Shown here piece by piece: positions 11,425-20,098 of a stretch of DNA of 37,930 nt (position 1 is the stretch's first letter; the number at the start of each line of letters is the position of its first letter). The DNA is taken from positions 1-37,930 of IMG/VR virus record IMGVR_UViG_3300025848_000092, one strand, 5' to 3'. A program made the translations under genes and the position numbers. Origin of the DNA: a virus. Taxonomy: Duplodnaviria > Caudoviricetes. The notes beneath the pieces are model-generated. The model was not told where the DNA came from. It searched no databases and saw only the letters and a program-made list of their open reading frames with translations.

Positions 11425-11603
11425 TGAGTAACTGGGCCTTGGGGCTTTTCAATCTTTACCAGCTTCATAGGCGTGGTTTCAGTGGTTATCTCTTTTTTGA
11501 GATATTCATAAGCCCTAGTAACATCATCACAGTTCCAGTTCCCATTGGAGTAAGCCATCAGGGATAGGAACAGTTCGATCTTACTGTCATCTTTCAAAGT
11601 CAT
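11421..11603 (-). CDS. Hypothetical protein
   Basis: 60-aa ORF, ATGA-coupled to the upstream ORF. Confidence 0.55.
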   Translation of the reverse strand: MTLKDDSKIELFLSLMAYSNGNWNCDDVTRAYEYLKKEITTETTPMKLVKIEKPQGPVTH

Positions 11604-11749
11604 GCGGCTTCCGCCTTCTTGGTGGATTTCTGATTATTCTTCTCAAGCTCAGCCACTTTAGCTTCTAGTTTAGTTAAACGCTTGCGGTCTTCAACAAAGC
11701 TCTCATTGACCTGTTTAATGATGTTCTCAATCTCAGTCTTAGTAAGCAT
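11600..11749 (-). CDS. Small coiled-coil protein (not in ORF track)
   Basis: 49 aa, MLTKTEIENIIKQVNESF..KAEAA. Fills the gap exactly, with an ATGA overlap downstream. Confidence 0.6.
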   Translation of the reverse strand: MLTKTEIENIIKQVNESFVEDRKRLTKLEAKVAELEKNNQKSTKKAEAA

Positions 11750-11751
11750 AA

Positions 11752-12030
11752 TCACCATTTAACCTTGTCTGCCCAGTACGCAGCAGACATCTTTCCCTTG
11801 GATATGTTCTGAGCGTGTCTGGCCTTAAAGGACTCTCGCCGCTTCCTGTAAGACTCAGACTCACCTTTCTTCTTAGGGCTACCACTAACGCCTTGCTGAC
11901 CAAACCTGATGGTCTTTACTTGGTCGCCTTCCTTGGCAACCACTACATGACTCTTGGTAGGGTGGTTCGGAGTTCTTTTAGGCTTGTTATAACCTTCTAC
12001 ACCAGCACGTTCTAGGCGGGGGTCTTTAGG
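11752..12030 (-). CDS. Small basic conserved phage protein
   Basis: MPKDPRL..KSHVVVAKEG..IRFGQQG..RRESFKARH..KMSAAYWADKVKW. The start likely follows the GGAG RBS at the portal end. Confidence 0.7.
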   Translation of the reverse strand, partial: PKDPRLERAGVEGYNKPKRTPNHPTKSHVVVAKEGDQVKTIRFGQQGVSGSPKKKGESESYRKRRESFKARHAQNISKGKMSAAYWADKVKW

Positions 12031-13972
12031 CATTGGGCGCTCCACTACGCTCTTTTACAGCAATCTCACGCTCTCTCAGCATGGTATCTGCTAGTTGCAG
12101 ACGGCGCTGGAAGTCAGCATTGCTGGGGTCATCAGGCATATTCTTAAGGGCAATCTCAAGAGGAAGGATACGGGTTTCTTCAACGTACTTAGCTGCCCTT
12201 GCCTGAGACTCAGCAGCCTGTCCTTCCAGAGCAGCCGCCTGAGAGCCTTTGAAGCGAAGGTCAGCCTCCACAGCCATCTGCTGGGCCTGCTGTGCCTCTG
12301 GCGAAGGCTGAGCTGCCTGTTGCATAGCCGTCTTCAGTTCCTCACGGTTGGCTATGTTCATATTATCTATGATCGATTGGATCAAGACAGGGTACAACGG
12401 GGACTCAGCCGACATGGTTTGCAGCAACTGAACAAGCTGGGTGACTTCATACTCACGGGCTATGATGCCCAATGAGGATGTAGCTACAAACTTGTAATCA
12501 GCAACTGGATAGCTCTCAGGATCAAACTGCATATAACGCCATGCAGCCTTTTCCACAAACGGAATAATGAATGATTCTTGGAAGTTAATCAGAGTGCGCT
12601 TGTGGCGCTTGATGATGGCACCAAGACTCATGGAGATGCCAGCAGCGGTAGAGTCCCCATTGATGGAGCCGGGGATACCAGCAGAGTCAATAGCGCCAGT
12701 AGCCATCTGGAGCATACGCTGGAGAGCCTCTGCCTGCACAAAGGTCACCTGATCAACGCCACCTAGCTTGATGGGTTCGATGATCTCAGAGGGCCTTCCA
12801 ACAGTCAGAATGGTCTTACCAGGACGAACCTCTGTGTTCATGCCGCGAGGGAGTCTTGTGGAGTCAATACCCACCATCGGGTGAACCGTAAGCGCCAACA
12901 CATCCTGACGCGCACGAAGTTCAGCATCCAGCGCCTTCTGACTGTTGTAGGCTTTCTCACAAATGCCCCGTCCCCAGAACTTACCAGGCACAATGTCCCA
13001 CGGGAACGCTACAACGGGCCTATCCTGCATCATATACGGGGTTTCTTCCGCCTTCAGAAGGTCACCACCGTTAGCCAGCACTACGATTGCTTCTACATAA
13101 TATGATTTATCATCTTCAGAATCAGTCAAAACAATGACTTCACCGTCCTCTTGCTGTGCTTTTTTCAGCAAATGACGAGGCACCAAACCATAATAGGTGG
13201 TCTTTTGGGTCTTATCAGTCTCTGGGACTGTAAGGGTCTTATCTTCTTCTAGGTCTAGGTCGGTTATGGCGTTCCGGATAGGGATTTTCTTGTAAACCCC
13301 CTTCTCCTGCATGAGTTCGATGCTGTGAGCAGGCACATATTCATCAATAGCTACACCCAAAGCCTCCTCAATGCTGCACGCGGCGGGGTCAATGAGGAAG
13401 TTCTGAGGTAGAATAGACCGCATCTTCACTACTGTGCGGTTCTGGATGTTGACACCAACAGCAGTAAGCTGCCCTCCGAGGACTGGTTCGGTGGCTGGTG
13501 CCATCTCCTTGACTTCTTCTAGCACTACTTCTGCAATGCCAGTGCCAAACACAGCGGCATTGATGAGGGATTCTGCAATACTCTTGCGTATCTTCTGCTT
13601 CTTGAAGTCCTCATGCAGCTTACGCTTTAAGAATTCAATATCCTGCTTCTGTGCATCAACAAGATCATCACTGATGTCGAACCAAACACCCCGGCCAAAG
13701 GTGGCTTCTTCCAGTTCTGCTACGGCAGACTCCACAGCCTGCTGCGTGGCAGGGCTAATGAGACGACTACGCTCTGAGTCCCTGGTGCGATCTTCAGCAG
13801 CCCAGACGCCTCTCCAGATGCGGTAGTATTCGTCATGGCGGCGCTGATAGTTATTCTCATAATGCTCACGCCATTCCTCTACCTTCGTCATGACCCAGCC
13901 TTCCAGAGTCTCCTCTAGAGAGAAATCACCGGGTTCGGCATCTATATAATCCATTAGTTTCTCCACAATCAA
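12026..13972 (-). CDS. Portal protein
   Basis: 648 aa directly after TerL. Contains VFGTGI, FWGRGICEKAYNSQ, VRPGK, TAAGISM and a Gln-rich C-terminal helix (P22-like portal layout). Confidence 0.9.
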   Translation of the reverse strand: MIVEKLMDYIDAEPGDFSLEETLEGWVMTKVEEWREHYENNYQRRHDEYYRIWRGVWAAEDRTRDSERSRLISPATQQAVESAVAELEEATFGRGVWFDISDDLVDAQKQDIEFLKRKLHEDFKKQKIRKSIAESLINAAVFGTGIAEVVLEEVKEMAPATEPVLGGQLTAVGVNIQNRTVVKMRSILPQNFLIDPAACSIEEALGVAIDEYVPAHSIELMQEKGVYKKIPIRNAITDLDLEEDKTLTVPETDKTQKTTYYGLVPRHLLKKAQQEDGEVIVLTDSEDDKSYYVEAIVVLANGGDLLKAEETPYMMQDRPVVAFPWDIVPGKFWGRGICEKAYNSQKALDAELRARQDVLALTVHPMVGIDSTRLPRGMNTEVRPGKTILTVGRPSEIIEPIKLGGVDQVTFVQAEALQRMLQMATGAIDSAGIPGSINGDSTAAGISMSLGAIIKRHKRTLINFQESFIIPFVEKAAWRYMQFDPESYPVADYKFVATSSLGIIAREYEVTQLVQLLQTMSAESPLYPVLIQSIIDNMNIANREELKTAMQQAAQPSPEAQQAQQMAVEADLRFKGSQAAALEGQAAESQARAAKYVEETRILPLEIALKNMPDDPSNADFQRRLQLADTMLREREIAVKERSGAPNA

Positions 13973-15225
13973 TACCCCGAAATGCTGTCTAAAGGCTCGT
14001 AGTCAGTTTCTTCAAACTCATCAATCCCATAAGGGATAGTGGCTAACTGAGCCACATAAGACAAGGCATCTACTAAGTCATCATGTACTAAGTCATTCGG
14101 GAACTGGAACAACTGATCTAGAAGCTGTTCATTCCACTCGCCCCTGTTTATCCTGACCCTGCTGTTCTCGAAACGTCCCTGTAAGGCCCAGACAATCCTG
14201 TCAATCTTCTTCTGGTTACCATGCGTAAGCTCTTTCACATTGAAGAAGATGTTGTACTTGCGCATCATGTCGCACAAAGGCTCCATAACCGCCTGCCTTG
14301 CAATACCCTTCTCTATGCCTACCGCTACTGGCTTATAGTCCCTGACGGCTTGGAATATCTTCTCTACCGTCTGTCCTAGCTCCCAGCGTCCCCTGATGAT
14401 GTTAGCTACCCACCACTCTCCTTGTGGTGTCACCTTCACTACGGCAATAGCAGACTCGTCCAGCTTTGCATTCTTAGTCTTTATCTTCCCCGCTTCTTTG
14501 AAGCCTGCAAGGTCGATGGCAATGTAGTAATCACCAGCGTCTGGTTCTTCCCCGTACCGTATCCAGTCTTCCTTGAATATCTCAGAGCCTAAAGATTCAA
14601 AAGAAGCCATGAACTCCTGACGGAAGGCATAGGAGGACATAGACCTCTTAGCCGCCTCTATCTCCTTCGGATCAATGGTCTCATTGTCATAGGAGGTAAA
14701 GTGCCAAGCCTTCCAATCTTCATCCTCTGAAAGCTCTGCATACTTGAACAGGTCATAGAAGTGGTTACGACCCATCGGAGTACCAATGAACATGGCTTCC
14801 CCTTTCAAGTCAGCCAATGCAGGTCTCAGAATCTGTTCCCACACATCCGGCCTGATGTCTGCATATTCATCAAGCACCAGGTAGAACAGAGAGACACCAC
14901 GCATGGTCTCTGGCCTGTCAGCACCCTTCAGTCTTATCTTGATCCCATTGATTAGGGTAATCTCAAGATTATTGACATGGTGGCCTTTAATGACAGGGTG
15001 ACCCATCTCCAGAAGCAACTGCCACATGATGTCACGGGCTTGGCCTTGGGTGGGGGCCACATAGAATACGGTGCCTGACTTAGCCTCTAGGGCCTTCACC
15101 AAGAGCTTGCTAGCAGCCAGCCTAGACTTACCACACCGACGCCCTGCCGCCACTATCTGGAACCTTGCAGGGTGTTTCCATACCTTCTGCTGCCAGTTAA
15201 GCAGCTTGATGTTTAGACTAGACAC
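13969..15225 (-). CDS. terL: Terminase large subunit
   Basis: Walker A AAGRRCGKS, YVAPT, Walker B LVLDEYA, IGTPMG, and nuclease motifs IAIDLAG and HDDLVDAL. Confidence 0.97.
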   Translation of the reverse strand: MSSLNIKLLNWQQKVWKHPARFQIVAAGRRCGKSRLAASKLLVKALEAKSGTVFYVAPTQGQARDIMWQLLLEMGHPVIKGHHVNNLEITLINGIKIRLKGADRPETMRGVSLFYLVLDEYADIRPDVWEQILRPALADLKGEAMFIGTPMGRNHFYDLFKYAELSEDEDWKAWHFTSYDNETIDPKEIEAAKRSMSSYAFRQEFMASFESLGSEIFKEDWIRYGEEPDAGDYYIAIDLAGFKEAGKIKTKNAKLDESAIAVVKVTPQGEWWVANIIRGRWELGQTVEKIFQAVRDYKPVAVGIEKGIARQAVMEPLCDMMRKYNIFFNVKELTHGNQKKIDRIVWALQGRFENSRVRINRGEWNEQLLDQLFQFPNDLVHDDLVDALSYVAQLATIPYGIDEFEETDYEPLDSISGY

Positions 15226-15563
15226 TAGAGGTTATACGGTGTCTTTTCAGTACGGATAATGTCTAAAGTAGCAATGGCTGTCAAGTCACTGGAGGCTGAT
15301 GCTGTAAGGCTAATATCATCCCCCTCTCGAAGCACCAGCCTCTCATTCTTCTCACCAAAGGTATAAGTAGATTTAGAGGCTAACGAGGTTGTAGGGTACA
15401 CCAGTACAGCAGTGCCATTGTTCCAAGTGATGCTGAAGTCATGGGAGCCTCCCGCACCATTAGTGACTCGGATTAGCTCCACAACAGCCATAAAACCATC
15501 AGGCACAGTAAACAACTTAGTAGTGCCACCAGCGGTAAGAGCCTTCCCTATTGATTGCAGCAT
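15225..15563 (-). CDS. Hypothetical beta-rich protein
   Basis: 112 aa with an AGGA RBS. Contains LFTVP and LVLREGD motifs, typical of small phage structural-like proteins. Confidence 0.6.
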   Translation of the reverse strand: MLQSIGKALTAGGTTKLFTVPDGFMAVVELIRVTNGAGGSHDFSITWNNGTAVLVYPTTSLASKSTYTFGEKNERLVLREGDDISLTASASSDLTAIATLDIIRTEKTPYNL

Positions 15564-15868
15564 GGTGTCCTACTGGTTAATAGATTACGGAATAACTTAC
15601 TACCTTCTACCACATCCCTCTGAGCAGCCTCTACTACGTCTGCTATGGCCTTAGTGCCAATAAGGGAGACCCCCTTAGACCACCCTAACGTCAGTATATC
15701 CACCATCATATCTATTTTAGATTCGGCAGAGTCTTCTACACCTTTCGCTTCGAGATAGTCCCAATAGATGTTTACCATCTGCTTCCTAGAGCAGCTAGGG
15801 CACCTACGGGGGTCATAACCATCAGCTATCGTTGCAAGCACCATCTCAATCAATGGCTCAGACAACAC
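15548..15868 (-). CDS. Hypothetical protein with CxxC
   Basis: Part of the 15548..16015 ORF. The true start is probably downstream of the TerS stop (start uncertain). Contains RCPSCS. Confidence 0.45.
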   Translation of the reverse strand: MLSEPLIEMVLATIADGYDPRRCPSCSRKQMVNIYWDYLEAKGVEDSAESKIDMMVDILTLGWSKGVSLIGTKAIADVVEAAQRDVVEGSKLFRNLLTSRTPCCNQ

Positions 15869-15890
15869 AGCTTCTCTTTCAATATATTCT

Positions 15891-16286
15891 CTAGGAGTCT
15901 TCTTCTTGGCCTTCTTCGTAGTCACCTTCAATGACCTCTCCGTCAATAGAGGCAGAAGTGCCAATACCAGTAATATTGATAGTAACAGATGGTTTGGTAT
16001 TAGCACCCTTCTCAAACTCTGCCAAGGGCACCATCCTATCCATCAGAATCTTCCAAGCCGCTGCTTGATTCTTATGGTCATCATCCAAAGCAGCATTCAA
16101 GATAGCTTCGATGACCTTAACAGACTTAGGAGATGTCAGTATCCTAGCCTTGAACTCTGCCATCGCAGCAGCCTCACCAGGAGGTCTACCACGCTTGGTG
16201 AGCTTGCCGGGGGTGTTCTTGGCTAGCTCAGACTTAGGAGGTCTACCCTTCCTCTTAGCCTCTTCTGGGACACCAGATTCACTCAC
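15891..16286 (-). CDS. terS: Terminase small subunit (putative)
   Basis: Two AT-hook-like GRPP motifs, [27 protein letters not shown], acidic tail. Upstream of TerL. Confidence 0.7.
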   Translation of the reverse strand: MSESGVPEEAKRKGRPPKSELAKNTPGKLTKRGRPPGEAAAMAEFKARILTSPKSVKVIEAILNAALDDDHKNQAAAWKILMDRMVPLAEFEKGANTKPSVTINITGIGTSASIDGEVIEGDYEEGQEEDS

Positions 16287-16426
16287 TTCTTACTCTTTTT
16301 CTTCTTAGCTCTACGGGCAGTGTCCAAAGCAATCGCTATGGCCTGCTTCTGGGGCTTGCCAGACTTCATCTCTCTGGAGATGTTCTCAGAGATCGTCTTC
16401 TTTGAATAACCCTTTTTTAAAGGCAT
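16283..16426 (-). CDS. Small basic protein, first late gene (not in ORF track)
   Basis: 47 aa, [60 protein letters not shown] overlap with terS. Confidence 0.75.
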   Translation of the reverse strand: MPLKKGYSKKTISENISREMKSGKPQKQAIAIALDTARRAKKKKSKK

Positions 16427-16435
16427 AGGTATCCC

Positions 16436-16469
16436 CTCTATATAGACACCAGTGGTTCAGAGTCTCTAG
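16436..16469 (-). promoter_or_regulatory. 34-bp element, copy 1 (shared with 23801..23834)
   Basis: Reverse complement is 29/34 identical to 23801..23834. Confidence 0.7.
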
Positions 16470-16586
16470 CAACTCTTAGAACACTTATAATTTAATTCTT
16501 AATTACTACTTCTTAAAGGTCACCAAGGTCTTAAGCAGCTCTTGCAATACCTTGGTGTCTCTTAAACTCTTTTTTCTAATACATAT

Positions 16587-16615
16587 ATTTTATCATATTT
16601 TTAGAAGAAAGTCAA
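16587..16615 (-). promoter_or_regulatory. Sigma70 promoter for the late operon
   Basis: TTGACT-17 nt-TAAAAT with extended TGn. Confidence 0.75.
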
Positions 16616-17171
16616 CACTTAAGCCCTAAAAACCTCTTAGGACTTGTGTTTTATATCGATCCTCTGAAGGTCTATATAGTTCACTGACCAAATGGGTCTA
16701 TAACCTTACAATTAGTATGGTGTTTATAAGGTCTCCTGTAGGGCTTCTCTGGTATATATACAGTGACCCCAGAGTCCCTATACGAACCACATCTCTCTGG
16801 GTATAGGGGGACGATAAGAACTGACACCAATATCCTTAGGAAGCTAGCCTTGCTTGCTGCGGGCCTAGGCTGACTCCTTGTCTCCGCAGTCCGCGATAGC
16901 TTTTCCTTATCTATTCAAAGACTTATGATAATTAATATCTTATAATCCTCTAGAGCCTCAATAGTCATCTCTTGGTGTCTCTTAAGTCCTAATTTACCCT
17001 ATTTTGTATCTGGGTTGGTCCTGCCACAATCCCACAGCAGCGTCCCCCTCCCCCGGCCTCGATCGTGGTGCCGGTGCCTCCGCAGCCTCCGCAGCCTGCC
17101 GAGTCGCCAGTGTCCGTTATATCCGTTTGGATACTACGGCAGAGCGCTAGTGTCTACTGTGTCCTGGGGGT

Positions 17172-17206
17172 GTCAAATAATTGACGCTAGGTGTCAAAGT
17201 TTTGAC
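17172..17206. promoter_or_regulatory. Tandem palindromic sites GTCAA-N4-TTGAC
   Basis: Copies at 17172-17185 and 17193-17206, 21 bp apart. Confidence 0.6.
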
Positions 17207-17434
17207 GGTAGCTGACGGGACTTTGACGGATGATGAAGGGCGATGTAGTACCCTATAGAGTCCTTCCTCAGCCCTTACTGTTACCGCCAGTAACATACTG
17301 TTACCTCATCCGTTACCTAAGGTATCAAAGTAACACAATTGCCTTGGTGCCTTGTGTATCCTCACAGTCTGTAGTGTTTTCATAACTCTATGATTGTATT
17401 GGTGTTTTAAAGAATATCACAATGATACCCACAA

Positions 17435-17451
17435 TTGGCACAGGTCGTGCA
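17435..17451 (+). promoter_or_regulatory. Putative sigma54 (-24/-12) promoter for early genes
   Basis: TTGGCACAGGTCGTGCA has exact GG-N10-GC spacing and one mismatch to TGGCAC-N5-TTGCW. It lies about 50 nt before the first early ATG. Confidence 0.55.
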
Positions 17452-17503
17452 CTATATACAGCGAGCGCGGCATCCGGCGGCGCACTACCAAGAGGATCAG
17501 ACA

Positions 17504-18148
17504 ATGATCAAACTATCGAAGCCAAGCAAAATGCCATGCTTATCGTGGTCATTACAGGCACTAGAAACATGCCCTGGCAGTGTTGATGCCACTGGCAAGC
17601 TAGTGGCAGCTTGTAGTGGCTGCTATGCGACGGATGGCAATTATAGGTTTGCCAATGTAATTGAGCCGCGTCGCCACAATAGGGAAGATTGGAAGCGTGA
17701 CGAATGGGTAGCTGACATGGTATCTGCCCTAGACAATAGCAGATATTTCCGCTGGTTCGATTCAGGCGATTGTTATGACCTTAGACTAGCGCGTAAGATC
17801 CTAGCAGTTATGCAGGCGACGCCGTGGTGCCAACACTGGCTGCCAACCCGTATGTATAAATTTAGTAAATTTCTGCCAATCTTTGAATCTATGCAGGCAC
17901 TACCCAATGTAGTGGTACGTTATTCGTCTGATTCAATCACTGGCGAAACAATACCGGGAGAGACTACCAGCACGATTGTGCAATATTTTGAAGATGCCGG
18001 CGAAGGTATGGAAGTTTGTGCAGCCTACACTCGCGACGGTAAATGTGGCGATTGCCGCTCTTGCTGGGATAAGAGTATTCCTGTGGTCGCGTATCCCGCG
18101 CATGGCCGTAAAATGACAAAATCTTACAAACTAATCGCAAAAGGATAA
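17504..18148 (+). CDS. Gp88-like (atypical radical-SAM-like) Fe-S protein
   Basis: SKPSKMPCLSWSL, CX13CX2C followed by YA (CPGS..CSGCYA), FRWFDSGD, HWLPTR, VVRYS, and C-terminal C..KCGDCRSCW..YPAH. AGAGGA RBS before ATG 17504. Confidence 0.75.
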   Translation: MIKLSKPSKMPCLSWSLQALETCPGSVDATGKLVAACSGCYATDGNYRFANVIEPRRHNREDWKRDEWVADMVSALDNSRYFRWFDSGDCYDLRLARKILAVMQATPWCQHWLPTRMYKFSKFLPIFESMQALPNVVVRYSSDSITGETIPGETTSTIVQYFEDAGEGMEVCAAYTRDGKCGDCRSCWDKSIPVVAYPAHGRKMTKSYKLIAKG

Positions 18149-18156
18149 TTAAGGCA

Positions 18157-18465
18157 ATGATTACCATATCCCGCTCTTTCGAAGTAATAACGCCGGCATC
18201 GGCGGAACATGGCGAGGCTGCCGAAAACGGCTTCTGCTATGAGGATGATAAGGTGTCGTTTCGGGAATTAGTACAATTGCTGGAGGATCACCTAGTGCCT
18301 TCGTGTTCGCATGGAATCCCTAGCTGGACTTCCTCCTACGCGGGAATTGATTACCGCACGGGGGAGGAAACGCTTTATTCAATCCATCCAGGACGGGATG
18401 CCATATCTCAAAAGTACTGGGCTAAGGCAGTGAGGGCGGCTGGTATTACTAAGGGGGTAAGGTAA
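18157..18465 (+). CDS. Hypothetical early protein
   Basis: 102 aa with an AAGG RBS, FEVITPASAEHGEAAENGF motif. Confidence 0.7.
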   Translation: MITISRSFEVITPASAEHGEAAENGFCYEDDKVSFRELVQLLEDHLVPSCSHGIPSWTSSYAGIDYRTGEETLYSIHPGRDAISQKYWAKAVRAAGITKGVR

Positions 18466-18563
18466 TGATTAAGACAATAATTGAATGGCTATTTGTTAGT
18501 CTCTTTCTCTTTGCCGCCGGATACTGTCTGGCAGTTATGGCGCTGGGAGGCGCCTTTCTATGA
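18465..18563 (+). CDS. Small membrane peptide (not in ORF track)
   Basis: 32 aa, MIKTIIEWLFVSLFLFAAGYCLAVMALGGAFL, coupled on both sides. Confidence 0.55.
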   Translation: MIKTIIEWLFVSLFLFAAGYCLAVMALGGAFL

Positions 18564-18841
18564 CGACAGCAATCTATTACGCTCGCCAAGCGGTAGAGCA
18601 TTCAATCCGTGAAGGCGGGCCTGTGCCGGTCTACGGCGGGCCTGTATGCTCACCATTGTGGTCTGCACTACATGACGCACTACGGGCAAGGTGCAATCAC
18701 TGGTCGCCTAACGTAACGCTCTCACAGCAGCAGGGCGACCTAGTGTATGACTACTGGGGCATCGATCAGGGGGCATCCTGGCACGTTAGACTGATGACGG
18801 TAGCCGTAGAACACGGCAAGGAAGGGACTCATGACTTTTAA
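18560..18841 (+). CDS. Hypothetical early protein
   Basis: 93 aa, GGAGG RBS, ATGA overlap. Confidence 0.65.
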   Translation: MTTAIYYARQAVEHSIREGGPVPVYGGPVCSPLWSALHDALRARCNHWSPNVTLSQQQGDLVYDYWGIDQGASWHVRLMTVAVEHGKEGTHDF

Positions 18842-19124
18842 AATATTGAGAGACAAAGAGCCACCAGAGAAGCAGCACCGAAGGGGGCGTGAGCCTGTTT
18901 ATCCTTTCGCCGATATGGCAATAGGGGACTCTTTTATAATCACCGAGGCATCGAAGGCCTCTGTGTATCATGCGGCATCCATGTATCGCTGCCGCCATGC
19001 ACCTTGGGCCTTCCAATTGCAGAAGGATGATGAGGGCAATCTTAGACTGTGGCGTGTACAGGATGCGCCATTGTGGAAAACGAAGAAAGCGCGGAATAAA
19101 GTCTATGCCTACCATCACCTATAA
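18831..19124 (+). CDS. Small putative DNA-binding protein (YPFxxMxxGDSF type)
   Basis: YPFADMAIGDSFII..LRLWRV motif, common in phage early proteins. Confidence 0.65.
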   Translation: MTFKILRDKEPPEKQHRRGREPVYPFADMAIGDSFIITEASKASVYHAASMYRCRHAPWAFQLQKDDEGNLRLWRVQDAPLWKTKKARNKVYAYHHL

Positions 19125-19371
19125 ACACGGCGACGAATACGCCAGCCTATTGCAGCGAGTGCTGGTTCGATGGAATGATGACGATCAGGCACTCTATTAC
19201 GCCGCAGAGTCTTATCTGCGGGATAGTACGCAATGCCTGGCGGAGTTAGCAGACAGATACGCCGAGGAGTACCATGCGACAGTCTGGCCTAGTCAGATAG
19301 AGGAACTGGCGGGTGAAATATATGCCAGTCGGGAAATAGAAACGCACCACAACTTGGGAGGTAGTGACTAA
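19105..19371 (+). CDS. Hypothetical early protein
   Basis: MPTITYKHG.., the internal ATG of the 18970..19371 ORF. Coupled to the next gene. Confidence 0.55.
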   Translation: MPTITYKHGDEYASLLQRVLVRWNDDDQALYYAAESYLRDSTQCLAELADRYAEEYHATVWPSQIEELAGEIYASREIETHHNLGGSD

Positions 19372-19721
19372 TGTATGACTTTGAAAGAGAGACTTTACGC
19401 GAGTGCTGGCAGGACGGCAGCATCGCCAACATGGCGGACTACGATTGTCCTGAATATCGAATACGGGAGCCTCGGAAGGCGCTCCGGACGCTTTATCAAT
19501 GGTATGAGACGGCATCGCCGACACTACGGGATGAGTGGTTCGTGGAATTCATCTTACCGCGAGCGCAAGAGGCCCTCATGCGTGGCCTAGTAGGCTACGG
19601 CGAGGCATCGATTAGTGACGCGGTGCTAGAAAGGCTTGAGGATGTTATGGAAGGAATCAATGGGCGGGCAGTGCTATGTGACCTTGAGGATATGGAGAGG
19701 GAACAAGGCGATGACTATTAA
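19371..19721 (+). CDS. Hypothetical acidic early protein
   Basis: 116 aa, GGAGG RBS. Confidence 0.65.
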   Translation: MYDFERETLRECWQDGSIANMADYDCPEYRIREPRKALRTLYQWYETASPTLRDEWFVEFILPRAQEALMRGLVGYGEASISDAVLERLEDVMEGINGRAVLCDLEDMEREQGDDY

Positions 19722-19742
19722 GCAGTCACAGGAGGCAGTTAA

Positions 19743-19901
19743 ATGACTATTCGGCAAATAAGCGTTAATTGGTGGCAGCTAAAGGCGCCTGGGCTAGTGT
19801 TTCACGGCCTCACGCGGGAGGAAGTGTTGGGGCGCTATCTGTCCCATATACGGCGGGAACATTACAAGGCACTAGAGAAAAGAGGGATGGAGGTTATATG
19901 A
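19743..19901 (+). CDS. Hypothetical protein (not in ORF track)
   Basis: 52 aa, MTIRQISVNWWQLKAPG.., AGGAGG RBS, ATGA overlap. Confidence 0.6.
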   Translation: MTIRQISVNWWQLKAPGLVFHGLTREEVLGRYLSHIRREHYKALEKRGMEVI

Positions 19902-20098
19902 CGGATTTGGAAACTCTCACCACAAAAGAATTGTGCTACGTCTTGGCGTTGCAGGGCATCCTGGCAGGGGAGGATCAAGTCAAAACCTGCCGCCTGTATC
20001 CTGACTCAACGGTAGCTAATGCAATCAACATAACTGATAGACTCTTTAAGGCAATGAAGGAACATAGAGAGGAGGAAGCCAATGACACTAACAATTGA
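19898..20098 (+). CDS. Hypothetical protein
   Basis: 66 aa, MTDLETLTTKE..ALQGILA, GGAGG RBS. Confidence 0.6.
   Translation: MTDLETLTTKELCYVLALQGILAGEDQVKTCRLYPDSTVANAINITDRLFKAMKEHREEEANDTNN

Noticed and set aside
16430-17500. tRNA or known structured ncRNA in the large intergenic region; ORF 17015..17215
   Set aside because: No cloverleaf or T-loop signature is seen, only short hairpins. The ORF lacks an RBS and runs through regulatory repeats. An Infernal search would be needed to exclude an ncRNA.
17435-17503. TTG-start N-terminal extension of the Gp88-like ORF
   Set aside because: It overlaps the promoter-like element, and the RBS and family-like start are at ATG 17504.
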